Shown: positions 28,663 to 41,384, numbered from the stretch's first letter. The stretch is 64,000 nt of DNA from Octopus vulgaris (GCA_951406725.2 OX597814.1:44330001-44394000); one strand, 5' to 3'. Numbers and translations: made by a program. The notes: generated by a model not told the origin, from the sequence alone.

Positions 28663-29700
28663 GAGAGAGAGATTACCATTTATTTATTTAAATCATGTAT
28701 GCACACATTCTCACACTCGCATTCCTGCACACCCATACACAGACACATTCATAACAATTACTCCGAATTTGCAGTTAAGCCATCATCGAAATGGTGACGG
28801 CCAAACATGCCGAAATTTCAACATCACACTTAAGACTATTCGTGCGTGTTTGTGTGTATGTGTGTTTAAATTCGTGTATGTATTGTTTTACGGTGTACTG
28901 AAAATAAAACATACGACTCGCCACTAGCAAATACGTTCTTCTCAAACTAGTATGAGCTTCGAAGGAACTACAGCTTTTAACCCTTTCATAGAATAAATTT
29001 TTATTCATGAGACTGAGAGGAAGACAAAGGCAGTGAAACAGAAAAGGAGACATTAAAAGAGACAGAATAATAGAGAAACACAAGAAGATGGCATAGAATT
29101 GTGGTGGTGGGAGAACTTTACTTAAATATTACGTAATATGAGTGCTTATATCCATAGAAATAGAAAGAAAGAAAACACGTTTGTCTGAAATAAACAGATA
29201 AAGTAAGCCAGAAAATTGAGACCGCCTTAATCCAATTCCCAATCCCTTTTCTCATCAATGCGACAGGAAGGTTTTAGAGATTTTCCAAAGAATGACATAA
29301 TGCATCAGCGTTGAAGAACGGTGGGAGTGCAGTATTGGTGCAGTAGGCATTAAATGATTTCTCTCGTTAGAGTGAATTCAGTCTTAAATGCTAATCCTCG
29401 AACGACTTGTCAATTTATTGTCAATTCAGCGCTTTACAATCGACTGACTGCTCTTCCGTTCCTTCCTAAGCAACAAAGAAAATTTAAGTGGGAAGGACAG
29501 AGTTACGTCTTTTCAGCCAATAACGCAATATTAATTTATGCAACAAAGTAAGATCTCGCGTATTACTATATGTCATATTTTACTCGTTGCCTATATCGAG
29601 GTTTTAACATTTTATAAGGAAGGCAAATGGGTTAACACCTCTGTATGTGTGTGTGTATGTATGTGTTTTGGGTGTGTGTGTGTGTGTATTTATATATCTA

Positions 29701-29746
<46 letters not shown>

Positions 29747-29794
29747 GCATGTATGTATGTATGTGTGTATACACAGACACACACACACACACAC

Positions 29795-29835
<41 letters not shown>

Positions 29836-30036
29836 TTAATCAAAGAATATAGTAAGTATGTCTACCTGCCGGAAATAACAGTCAAACCTCTTATTTAAAT
29901 CGCCAAAGTACACTGATAACTACAGAAATCAACTGTCGAAAGACAAACGGACTAAGACAATCTCTCAGCATACATTCAAGTATTATTTGGACTCACGTGG
30001 GTCGGAAAGAGAGAGAGAGGGGGGAGAGAGAGAGAA

Positions 30037-30370
30037 TCGAGCGTAGTTGTGTGGTAAGAGGTTTGCTTCTAATACACATCGTTCCGGGTTAAGCTCCACT
30101 GCCACCTTGGACGAGTTTCTTCTACAATAGGCTCGTGCCGAACACACCATCATATGCATATATGTGTGTCTTCATGTCTATGTCTATCCCCCACTATCGC
30201 TCAACAATCGGCGTTGGTGTGTTTATGTCGCCGTAAACTAATGGTTCACCAAAAGATCCCGTTAGGATAAGTCCTAGGCTATAGAAAAAAGAAAAGAAGT
30301 CCCGGTGGCGATTTGATCCACTAAAAATTCTTCAAGTCGATACCCCAGCCTAACCGCGGCCTAATGTCTG
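30037..30370 (+). mobile_element. SINE family B (degenerate)
   Basis: gtgtggtaagaggtttgctt...ccgggttaagc head and ccccagcc...aatgtctgaaa tail. Confidence 0.55.
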
Positions 30371-30420
30371 AAATATATATATATGAATGTATGTATATAA
30401 CTATGTTTGTGTACACACAC

Positions 30421-30459
<39 letters not shown>

Positions 30460-30486
30460 TGTATGTATGTATATAACAATGTATAT

Positions 30487-30524
<38 letters not shown>

Positions 30525-31374
30525 CAAGGTTACTATTTTTACCTGCATCGGTAAAAATAGAAGTCAAAATGAATAGACGCTCACTAGTCTGAATATACTG
30601 CTATTTCTGCCACTGGCATTTATTACCACCAACTTACCTGCCGATTCAAGGAAGATCGTTTACTCCTCTAACCCTAATTCTTTCCGAAAAAGCGCAGTTG
30701 CTCCACGGTCCGATCCTATCAGAGCTGAAGATAAGTACGTGTTGTAGTCGCCAAACATTGGGCTGAGTGCGTGCATTCGAGAAATTGTATCCATGTACAC
30801 AGACAAGGTACATAGATGCATCCTACTCTCAGTACCCCCATATCTATTGGAGAAGATATAAAAAGATTTTACGCACCTACCTTACTTCGAGTCACTTCGA
30901 AAAAAGGATGACCTGTGTTCTTTTGAAGTAGGTGTTCCTTGAAAGGTACTTCAAATAAAGTTTTATTTACCTATTTTCTGAAACTTTCAACATTCACTGG
31001 CAAGTTGTTCAAGAGTGTGTTGTAAATTTGACTTGATGTTTCTGTCAGGACTCTGATTTTTGGTGTTTGGAGATGGTTTTTCTTTCTCAAATTCTTCCCC
31101 GTATGTTTTATTTCGTCCTGTGATGTTTTCCTATGTAATCTATTAACTCTTTGTAAAAGAGGGTGAAATACAATGAAGGTATACATAGTATAAAAAGTAT
31201 GTGATAACATGAGTGATAAAGTTGTGAAATGTAAGGTATTTTCTTTCGTCCCCCCTTCCCTTTTTATACATATATCTTCTTCCTAACCTAAGTAGCCAAA
31301 TTTACAATCCCCAGCATAAACGTGCACACATATAAATAGAACTATTTCCACCAGTTGCTTCATATTTTGAAATG

Positions 31375-31455
31375 TATTACCTGAAGAAGAGATTGCATAA
31401 GCGTATGTATTTCCTAATTTATATTACGCAAGCACTGAAACGTGCGTATTAAATG
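31375..31455 (+). ncRNA. Decayed hammerhead-like motif
   Basis: CTGAAGA(31381)-ag..ttgc...gcaa..ct-GAAA(31437)-cgtgcg-TA. Helix I pairs poorly. Confidence 0.4.
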
Positions 31456-32524
31456 CTTTCAAAATATCTTTATTTGTTCACTCTCCACGTAGTTTGTATA
31501 CACACAGAAACGAACGCAGACTGAACAATTCTCTGAGTCGTATGGCTAATCCAACCAAACTCACTTTCTAAATATTTAAAACAATGCAAAAATTCGTAAC
31601 TCTAGAAAATATATACTTATATACATGGATGTATGTATATACTTCCATAGCTGTCTAGCTTGAATTTCCTGCTCTTATAGCCTCAGAACCTTCGAGATAT
31701 ACGATTTTGTAATCGTCTGAAGTTGACTCTGTTAACATTTAGATGAGTTTATATACCGTGCAGAGAAACAAATATAAATTAGCAGCGCCTGAAAAAATCT
31801 CAAGATTAGTTTTAAAACTCTTTGACTGGTGCAATTTTGTTGAGAATTATTCTGTTCTATCGTCACAGACTCATTAGTGCGCTGTAAATTTCTTCTGATT
31901 CGTATTAAATACGTTCTACTCACAGAATCATATACACGCACACACTCACCCAGATATATTCATGCACATTTACCAAGACGTACATGTATGAACGACACAT
32001 ATATTCGATTATTCAGTAAATTAAATTACCTAACTCATCAATAACTAATGTCTAGCGTATAAAACGCCTCTATCTACTGAAGATGGCCAATAACAATTTG
32101 GAACGCAACTGGGTAGAAATGAAATTAGTACTCTAATAAACGTTTGATAAAATTATCATGCCGACGGTAAAACAACCTGTATTTGCAGTAAAACTGCTGA
32201 AAAATTAGTTTCGCATTTTGTTTACATAGCAATTAAATAATTTGAGAATAAAATCAAAGAAATCACAAGATCATTTTTCATTGTGTACACGCACATAGAT
32301 TAACTAACAGCTTTACTTGTCAATGGATGTAGAGCACCATCTGACCAAATAGTTACAGGTCACTGGTCACCTCAACAACCCGTTAGTCAGCAATAAACAG
32401 CACCTTATTTGGCTTCACCACCTGAACTCATACCGCATAAAGTCGAAACTAACTATAACAGACTACTACAATTACTATAGGTCAGAATTCGCTTCAACAG
32501 AAACAGTATACTACTACTACTACC

Positions 32525-32558
<34 letters not shown>

Positions 32559-32577
32559 TTGCTGCTACTGTTGCTGC

Positions 32578-32630
<53 letters not shown>

Positions 32631-33164
32631 GAAAAGCCACTGCTCCTCCACAAAACGTAAAATCAAGCCGATATCTTTCTCAAGGTATGTGTAAATTTGG
32701 ATTTATTACCAGCAAAATATGGAAGCCGACTTTTCATATCCAAAACGGATCTTTTCTATTTGGCTGTTACTATGGAAAGTTTAGTGAATTTTTTTATGTT
32801 TGGTGTATTGATGTAATTTCTCATGCTGAATCTCAGGAGATAATTCACTTTTTCCAGAAAGGGATTTTAAGAAAAGTTTAAGAGGTTTAAAGTTTAATCA
32901 TTTTTACTCACTCAGAAAGCAGAATTTTGAAGGTGTCATTTTGTACGTGACAGCATGTGTTGTCAATTGTAAATAAATGAACTATGACGGAATTCTGGTT
33001 TACACGCGCTATATGCCCCCTCGTAACTTTTTTACTTTTTGGAATGTACAGAAAATATTTTGCGAATTTACATTCAACATACTGAAATGTATACGATTAT
33101 GCACCCCGACAAAAAAAAAATTCATGCGTGATATCATGCTTGCTTAGCTGTTATTGTTAGCACA

Positions 33165-34110
33165 TCTAGGTGGAGGTAAACGATATCGACCGCACCCCAT
33201 TTCGATTGTTTTTTGTTTTTGCTTTTTTTCTCTACAGAAACCCAGCTTTTCGAATGCAGAGCTTCCGAATCTGAAAAAAAAAAAAAATAAAAAATCAGAA
33301 TTTCAAACTTTTAATCTCACCCCCAATTTTTCACATTTTTAGAAACATTTTGGGTGAAATACGTAGAAAAATATGGAGATTATGATTCTGAAAAAAAAAA
33401 AAAAAAACTTTTGTAAAATTTCAGTTTTTTTTTTAAATAAATAATAAACACTTCCTCCTACTAGTAAAGAGAACAGTCGACATGCTAGAAACAGCAGCTA
33501 AATGACAAATCACATTTTCGAAATTTTACTTTTCCCCACACCTTTTTTCTTTATCAAAGGGGTGGAGAGGGGGATCATTAAAATTTTGAAAACGTGTTTT
33601 GGGGGTTTTCAAAATCTTCAATTTTTAAGTAAGCTCCAACCGGAAAGTCCGACAAGCTAGAAACAACAGCCAAACCGAAGATCCACTTTCTAAATACGAA
33701 TTACCAAAATGAAAATAAAAATTTAAATGTCATTTTGATGTCATGTATGTGTGCAAAAAGCTAATTTTTATATACCTCTCTTAATTCCAAAAGAATTAAA
33801 CATGTTCACTTTCTGTCACAGATGCACTGGCGGAGTGCAGGGGAAGTTTATTTATTTATTTATTTTTAAAAATTGAAATTTTACAAATTTTTTTTCAGAA
33901 TCTTAATCTCCGTATTTTTCTACGTATTTCGCCCACAAAATTTCTATAAAAAAATGAAAAATTTGTGGCGGGTAGGGGGAATTTAAAATTTTTTTTTTTC
34001 TGCAGATTCGGAATCTCTGCAGTCAAAAAGGTGGGTTTCTGTAGAAAACAACAACAACAAAAAAAAAATGAAAGAGGATGCGGTCCATGTCCTTTACCTC
34101 CGCCGCCCAT
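33165..34110. repeat. Diverged long inverted repeat (DNA-transposon-like arms)
   Basis: 33165-33435 is an imperfect reverse complement of ~33862-34110 (e.g. gaaatacgtagaaaaata / tatttttctacgtatttc; ggaggtaaa / tttacctcc). Confidence 0.65.
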
Positions 34111-35472
34111 ATCATACCATATTTATTTTCAGCATTTAATAAGCGACAAATAAAACACGTGTTCAGCGGCTTGGTAACAGTTTGGCGTGTTACTATGGAA
34201 ACAGGCACATATATGCATATCGCTTTCACTTGGTTAAAATTACCCAGAATTTGCAAACTTGAAAAGCCATTAACTCTTTATTTATTGATTTTTCTCGAAA
34301 ATGATTTTCATGTCGATGGTTACTTTACAAATCTACGCCAATAAGTCAACTATTAAATGAGTTGGAGCAAAAATTGAAGAAGTTAAAAAGTGGTAGTCAA
34401 ACAAGAAAGATCCTCCAAAATTTATAGGAAAACTCATCCACCAACAACTAGAACATCATTCCTCACATACAACTTTCTACAAAAACTATCCTCAGTGTTG
34501 CTACTAAACAACAAAACATATAAATCAAGGCGCTTAGAGCATAAAACAACAAACCTTCGCTTCAAGATTCCTGCTAAATGTACGTGTCATCAACCCAGCA
34601 CTAAATGCCCCCAAATGAAAGAGTCCACACATAGAGGATTGTCTTGCATCGCTTTCGTCATCCTAGTGGAATTCCACCTAAGCAAATCTTGCATAGATTC
34701 CGAGCTGAAAACAACAAGAATCGCTATCATCCGTGTAGATCGCATTGGCTGAAATGAAGGAGGAGCAGCCATTTTTTTCCCATGATTCCTTTGCCATGGA
34801 TGACAATGAGATATTTTCCAATGACTATTAGGAATCTCTATCGTTATTCAACAAAGTAAATGATATGCCCATTGCCTGTCTCTATTGGCTTCCTGAAGCA
34901 CCTCTTCAGTGCTTTGAAGAGTGCCAGTACAAAATCAAGTCCTTTCTTCAAAAGTAAAAATCCGGCAACATACTGATGGTTTTAGCCCTCCTTACGTGAA
35001 CTGGCCTATAAATACCAAGAAGCTAAGTTGCAGTACTACACAAGATATGCCATCAGTAAAATTGCTATTTCATTTAATGATGAATTTTCCTAACCCAACT
35101 TGTGCTCCAGGAAACAAGACAAGACAAGGCTATCCTTGACCTGATATTAACAAACCACTCCAGCTCCATCCATAGCGTTTTCGTCAGAAGCTCTTCACTC
35201 TAACTATGACATGGAACTCTGCAAATTTAGTTTCCAGCATATGAAAGCCATCCAGTCACTCCATAGTGCACTTGTTCAACAACTTCAACTTTTACAGAGC
35301 AGATTTGGGGGAAATTATAACAGACCCTATCGACTGGTTTTGTCTCATCAACTTACTGTGAAAATTGTCCAATATATGTATATATATACACATAAATATA
35401 TACATATATATATGGTACCGTTCCCGATTTTTTCCCTCTGTCTTGCCTTCTCTGGATCTTTCCTTCTCCTGT

Positions 35473-35507
35473 GTTTCCGACGAAGTGCTCCGCCCGAAAC
35501 GCTAAAC
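35473..35507 (+). ncRNA. Minimal hammerhead-like motif (CCGACGA core), mutated
   Basis: gttt-CCGACGA(35477)-agtgc tcc gccc-GAAA(35496)-cgc-TA-aac, within a ~200-bp repeat between (TA)n tracts. Confidence 0.4.
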
Positions 35508-35603
35508 CCCACTTCTTTCCTTCTTCCCTGAGCGTCCAATAATACTATATTTGTTCCACGTCCTCGCGCTGTTGTGTTTTTTTGTGCTTTCTTGCTTGGA
35601 ATA

Positions 35604-35727
<124 letters not shown>

Positions 35728-36176
35728 TAAGTATACATGCATTTGTATAGGTGTACTTACATCATATAAATATATATTCATTATGTATGTGTGTGGGTGG
35801 GTGTGGGTGTACACATAAGGATATAAAATAAGAATACATATGCATAATCAGGTATCTACATATGTATACGAACAAAGAGTGTTCTTTCAAGCTTTTAGTC
35901 TTATATTTGCCTCAGTCATTGGAAAACAGCCGGTGTATACATGTATTCATATATATATATTCATGTGTACACACAGATATATATACACGTAGACACATAT
36001 ACACGCGCACGCTAACACGAACACACTCACCGAAGCTCTACATATATAAAAATATTAACAGAAATGATATAATATATTCCTTAGAATGGAAATTTTGCTT
36101 TAACTTCAGAAGGTGAGTTTCTCAAATTCCCAATGAGATATATGTAATACAGAAAAACGAATATACTTGATGCATA

Positions 36177-36211
<35 letters not shown>

Positions 36212-36239
36212 CTTTATAGATAAATAAATATATGTACAC

Positions 36240-36279
<40 letters not shown>

Positions 36280-36286
36280 ATATATG

Positions 36287-36320
<34 letters not shown>

Positions 36321-36547
36321 TGTATGTATGTATGTATACAGTATTGTTGGCTGTCATATTAATTTACGAAACACACCATAAAAATGTAGGCAAAAGATGT
36401 ATAGGAAATATATCATCAAGTAACTCCCATCCTACATCATAATTTATGGTGGTTGTTTCAATTTGGAAAACGATGCACTGGGTATACCACTACACACTTG
36501 CTAACTCACGCATATGAGTGTATTTATATTTATATCTCGGTGTTTAT

Positions 36548-36580
<33 letters not shown>

Positions 36581-36638
36581 AACACATATATATATACACA
36601 CATATATATATACATACATGTATATATATATACATATG

Positions 36639-36691
<53 letters not shown>

Positions 36692-36847
36692 CATAAGGGA
36701 CTAAAGCCATCTGAATATGGCTAGGGACAGGGCAGGGTGGTGGGGGTGTTACTGTTGCATTTAGCCCCAGGCGAACATCGACGTCACCAGAAAGGCTCGA
36801 CACCGTCACGGTGCCCTAAACCTGCAATGGGAGGTAATTCCCCCGAT

Positions 36848-36921
36848 GAAGCGGAAACCACACACGGACCATGGTTTCAAGGTGTATTGCCTATCATCGG
36901 CGTGTGGTAGGCCTCCGCTTC
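36848..36921 (-). ncRNA. Type I hammerhead variant, copy 1
   Basis: Reverse complement of 37674-37747. Confidence 0.7.
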
Positions 36922-37206
36922 CTCGACGAATTCTCACTATGCAGGATTTCTTATATAGATTTTCAAGCAAAATACATTTACTGATTTCGAAAATCTGTTC
37001 GAAAGCAATAATAATTCTCTAAAAGGGATATAGACAGTAACTGCTCGATAACATAAGGGACTAAAGCCATCTGAATATGGCTAGGGACAGGGCAGGGTGG
37101 TGGGGGTGTTACTGTTGCATTTAGCCCCAGGCGAACATCGACGTCACCAGAAAGGCTCGACACCGTCACGGTGCCCTAAACCTGCAAAGGGAGGTAATTC
37201 CCCGAT

Positions 37207-37280
37207 GAAGCGGAAACCACACACGGACCATGGTTTCAAGGTGTATTGCCTATCATCGGCGTGTGGTAGGCCTCCGCTTC
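37207..37280 (-). ncRNA. Type I hammerhead variant, copy 2
   Basis: Reverse complement of 37674-37747. Confidence 0.7.
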
Positions 37281-37673
37281 CTCGACGAATTCTCACTATG
37301 CAGGATTTCTTATATAGATTTTCAAGCAAAATACATTTGCTGATTTCGAAAATCTGTTCGAAAGCAATAATAATTCTCTAAAAGGGATATAGACAGTAAC
37401 TGCTCGATAACATAAGGGACTAAAGCCATCTGAATATGGCTAGGGACAGGGCAGGGTGGTGGGGGTGTTACTGTTGCATTTAGCCCCAGGCGAACATCGA
37501 CGTCACCAGAAAGGCTCGACACAGATGGCTTTAGTCCCTTATGTTATCGAGCAGTTACTGTCTATATCCCTTTTAGAGAATTATTATTGCTTTCGAACAG
37601 ATTTTCGAAATCAGCAAATGTATTTTGCTTGAAAATCTATATAAGAAATCCTGCATAGTGAGAATTCGTCGAG

Positions 37674-37747
37674 GAAGCGGAGGCCTACCACACGCCGATG
37701 ATAGGCAATACACCTTGAAACCATGGTCCGTGTGTGGTTTCCGCTTC
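37674..37747 (+). ncRNA. Type I hammerhead variant, copy 3
   Basis: Helix I gaagcggaggcc-tac-cacacg / cgtgtg-t-ggtttccgcttc; core CCGATGA (37695-37701); helix II t-agg caataca cct-t; GAAA (37717); helix III C CATG G; GUC site with predicted cleavage after C37728. Confidence 0.75.
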
Positions 37748-37949
37748 ATCGGGGAATTACCTCCCTTTGCAGGTTTAGGGCACCGTGACGGTGTCGAGCC
37801 TTTCTGGTGACGTCGATGTTCGCCTGGGGCTAAATGCAACAGTAACACCCCCACCACCCTGCCCTGTCCCTAGCCATATTCAGATGGCTTTAGTCCCTTA
37901 TGTTATCGAGCAGTTACTGTCTATATCCCTTTTAGAGAATTATTATTGC

Positions 37950-37981
<32 letters not shown>

Positions 37982-38277
37982 TATAATATATATACATATA
38001 TGTGTGTGTATTAATGTATGTATGTATAATGATATGTACATATGCCTGCAGGTGTGTGTCTATTTAGTTTATGTTATGGTGTGTGTCTATTCGTAGTTAT
38101 ATTTTGTCATGATACACACGCATACATATAGACACACACTCACACAAAGTCACATATATATTAATATCTAAATAAATACATATAAGTGTATAATACACTA
38201 CCAGGATTTCATACATAGATAAATATGCATTATGTATATATATATATATATATATATGATTTATTTATTAATTTGTT

Positions 38278-38324
<47 letters not shown>

Positions 38325-38541
38325 ATGTATGTATGTATGTATGTGTGTTAATATTGTTTGTGTATACAGTCACAGATATGCACAAATATACACATGCACT
38401 TTCGCACACATATACCTTTGTGTGTATCTATGTGCATATGTATGTAAGTATGTAGGTATGTATGTATGTATCTATGTATGCATGTAGGTATGTATTTATG
38501 TACATATATGTATATATGTATATACAATAATGTATATATAC

Positions 38542-38582
<41 letters not shown>

Positions 38583-38985
38583 TATATATATCATGTTTCA
38601 ATTCACACATATATGTGCGTATGGATATTGTAAAACAATTCCCTTTACATGGCACTAACAAGTAAAAATATGCGTTAGCAATAAGTAAATAAATATTGAT
38701 GCATTGGAAGTAAATTACGTCAACAAAAGTGATAGTTTGTCGTGTGAGGTGATAATTTTTCATGATGATTTCTGAGAAAGATACAGAAATATTTTCCCAC
38801 TAATTCAAGTCACTGTAAATTCTACTGTATATCAATACTGAAAAATGTAACGGTTGCAATTGTTTCCAGTATATCTATGCACATGTACAATTATCCAACG
38901 CACTTAAATTAGTGGTAAAATATTTCTGTATTATCTCCTGCTATGTTACTACTAGACATAGCAAACAATTCACACTGAATTCACA

Positions 38986-39081
38986 TTAGATAATAGAAGT
39001 ATAGGTAGATTGTTCTGTGAATGCAAAGGGACCTGTTCGTTGGAATAACTCTTCGAATATGTCTCCAAGACGGCGGATGAC
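38986..39081 (-). other. Possible host-gene exon (acceptor plus short open frame)
   Basis: Strong pyrimidine tract and acceptor tttcattgttctttattccag, followed by non-repetitive sequence reading VIRRLGDIFEELFQRTGPFAFTEQSTYTSII*. Confidence 0.2.
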
Positions 39082-39806
39082 CTGGAATAAAGAACAATGA
39101 AAACAACCACACCAAATCGACGCGTACAAATTCATGTAAAAATAATGGTTCATTGATAAATGATTCAAAAGGGCCTAAGAAATACCAAGTTTATATTATT
39201 ACTTCCTTTCCAGAATAAGAAACTCGGTTCTACAAACGACTAGGTATAGGTTTTTACATTTTGTACATTCTCATAACTTTATGTTATACAATAAATCCGG
39301 TTTATCAAACTTTGGCTTAGGGCCGAATAACATAGACCTATTAAAATGATATGTAATCCGTGAACAAACAGTGTTGATCTCTGACATTATAAGTAGTACT
39401 ACATAATTCAACGTGCTCTGCAGCTTTTGTTACGAAGATCTGATATGAAGGGGTATTTGAATATGTCGTTGAATATTTTGTCGAGTGACAAAATAGAATT
39501 TTATAATATACGATATAATACATTTATAATATATGAATCTATATGAATATATATATATATATAATACAAATAAGAAAATGGAGGAACAAATTCATTTCAA
39601 ACACCAACTTACAGTTATTACTATTTCATATTGTTTATTAACTATATAAATAAGAACCTCCAAATCGAACAAAACAATATACATCAATATCCAAAGGAAT
39701 AATACACATAAAATGGTCCTTACAGCTGTTTCCGCCTATAGATAAAGGTATCTCATTCTGCCTATATTAGTCAGATGTATCGAGGTAATATGCAGTTAAA
39801 AATGAG

Positions 39807-39876
<70 letters not shown>

Positions 39877-40021
39877 AGTGTATATATATATATACATATA
39901 TGTAAGTATATATATAAAAATATACATACACATAAGGTTACAGACAATTAATTATATATACTGGAATATATATATACATCCATATCCATGGTTACATATA
40001 CAATGTTCATTACATTACCAA

Positions 40022-40091
<70 letters not shown>

Positions 40092-40302
40092 ATTAATATT
40101 AGATTAATACTGAAGTTTCGATTTTGACTGCATGATATATGAATATACTGACATTGTTGAAATAATGTGCTTGCATCTTTCATAAATATCTGTCTATATA
40201 TTATATTATATTATATTATACTACATTCTCTGTAGTATTTTTCATTTACTATGTGTTGTGAATAGCAGAATGCGCATAATCTAATATTAATATTAATAAT
40301 AA

Positions 40303-40690
40303 TGGATGGAAGCACTCCGTCGGTTACGCCGACGAGGGTTCCGGTTGATCCGATCAACGGAACAGCCTGCTCGTGAAATTAACGTGTAATTCGCTGAGCA
40401 CTCCACAGACACGTGTACCCTTAACGTAATTCTCGGGGATATTCAGCGTGACACAGAGAGTGACAAGGCCTGCCCTTTGGAATACAGGTACAACAGAAAC
40501 AGGAAGTAAGAGTGAGAGAAAGTTGTGGTGAAAGAGTACAGCAGGGAACACCACCATCCCTGCCGGAGCCTCGTGGAGCTTTAGGTGTTTTCGCACAATA
40601 AACACTCAAAAGGCCCGGTCTGAGAATCGAAACTGCGATCCTACGACCGTGAGTCCGCTGCCCTAACCACTGGGCCATTGCGCCTCCACA
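40303..40690 (-). mobile_element. tRNA-derived SINE, family C
   Basis: Head tggaggcgcaatggcccagtggttagggcagcggactc...tttcgattc with A/B boxes. Flanked by attaataataat on both sides. Confidence 0.8.
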
Positions 40691-40871
40691 TTAATAATAA
40701 TAATAATAATATTGGTAATATAATGAACATTGTATGTGTACCCATGGATATGTATGTATATTCCAGTATATATAATTAATTGTCTGTAACTTTATGTGCA
40801 TGTATATTTATATATATATACTTATATATATATATATGTATATATATACACTTATGTATGTATATATATAT

Positions 40872-40888
40872 AATCTCTGACGAGGCCT

Positions 40889-40933
<45 letters not shown>

Positions 40934-41021
40934 TACCTCAAACTGCATATTACCTCAATACATCTGACTAATATAGGCAGAATGAGATACTTTTATCTAT
41001 AGGCTGAAACAGCTGTAGGAC
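40872..41021 (+). ncRNA. Type I hammerhead motif with (TA)n inside helix II
   Basis: tct-CTGACGA(40877)-ggcct...(TA)n...aggct-GAAA(41006)-C AGCT G-TA-gga. The inverted arm (39710-39810) keeps only the GAAA half. Confidence 0.6.
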
Positions 41022-41384
41022 CATTTTATATGTATTATTCTTATGGTATTATTATCTTGCAATTTGATGTATTTTGTTTTGTTCGATTTCGTTGTTCCTA
41101 TTTATATAGTTAATAAATAATATGAAATGGTAATATCTGTTATTTGATGATTGAAATGAATTTGTTCCTTCATTTTCTTATTTGTATTATGAATTTACGG
41201 TAAAATATTTTACCTTCGCCTGTCCGATAAAATAAATGAATTAATTGCATTGCAATTATAAGCATTTATGTATTTGGCATTTGGGTGCTTCACCAGCAGT
41301 ATATTGGATAACTGGTATCCCATAGTGGGTTACCATCATAACCCCTATCTTACTTTGTACTATATATATATATGCCCAGGATAT

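Larger units (their letters stand above)
36688..37950. mobile_element. Candidate non-LTR retrozyme array: 359-bp hammerhead unit, ~2.3 tandem copies plus ~1.2 inverted copies, inside (TA)n
   Basis: Units 36691-37050, 37051-37409 and partial 37410-37522. Inversion at 37522. Inverted unit 37522-37880 plus partial to 37950. Only 3 differences seen between units 1 and 2. No credible ORF. Confidence 0.8.
39563..41188. mobile_element. Large inverted-repeat element with hammerhead (PLE pLTR-like, non-coding)
   Basis: Left arm ~39563-40106 is the reverse complement of right arm ~40278-41188, which is interrupted by a SINE. Related to the 5456 hammerhead family (ctgacga...ttacctcaa...aatgag...ggctgaaacagctgta). 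Confidence 0.75.

Noticed and set aside
32070-32120. tcta-CTGAAGA-tggcc...ggtaga hammerhead-like remnant
   Set aside because: The GAAA half and helix II partner are missing, so it is too decayed to call.
34370-35330. Possible L1/Tx1 remnant (TRQGYP on +, GGLK on -)
   Set aside because: The motif hints lie on opposite strands and are too short to assign.
36085-36112. Candidate 28-nt micro-exon (ttag...aag/gtgagt)
   Set aside because: Good donor but weak acceptor. Such sites are frequent by chance in 64 kb.
37825-37900. Second ribozyme (twister or HDV-like) in the 359-nt unit
   Set aside because: Stems are present, but I could not find the conserved cores or pseudoknots of either class.
36691-37950. 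CRISPR-like or simple satellite interpretation of the array
   Set aside because: There are no unique spacers. The low copy number, the inversion and the ribozyme motif argue against a plain satellite.
36978-38096. Repeated short ORFs ([15 protein letters not shown]..., [12 protein letters not shown]..., MLENLYKK...) in the 359-bp array
   Set aside because: They recur only because the DNA is repeated, most use non-ATG starts, and they show no protein motif. A 1-bp indel in unit 1 breaks some of them. The RNA structure explains the sequence better.
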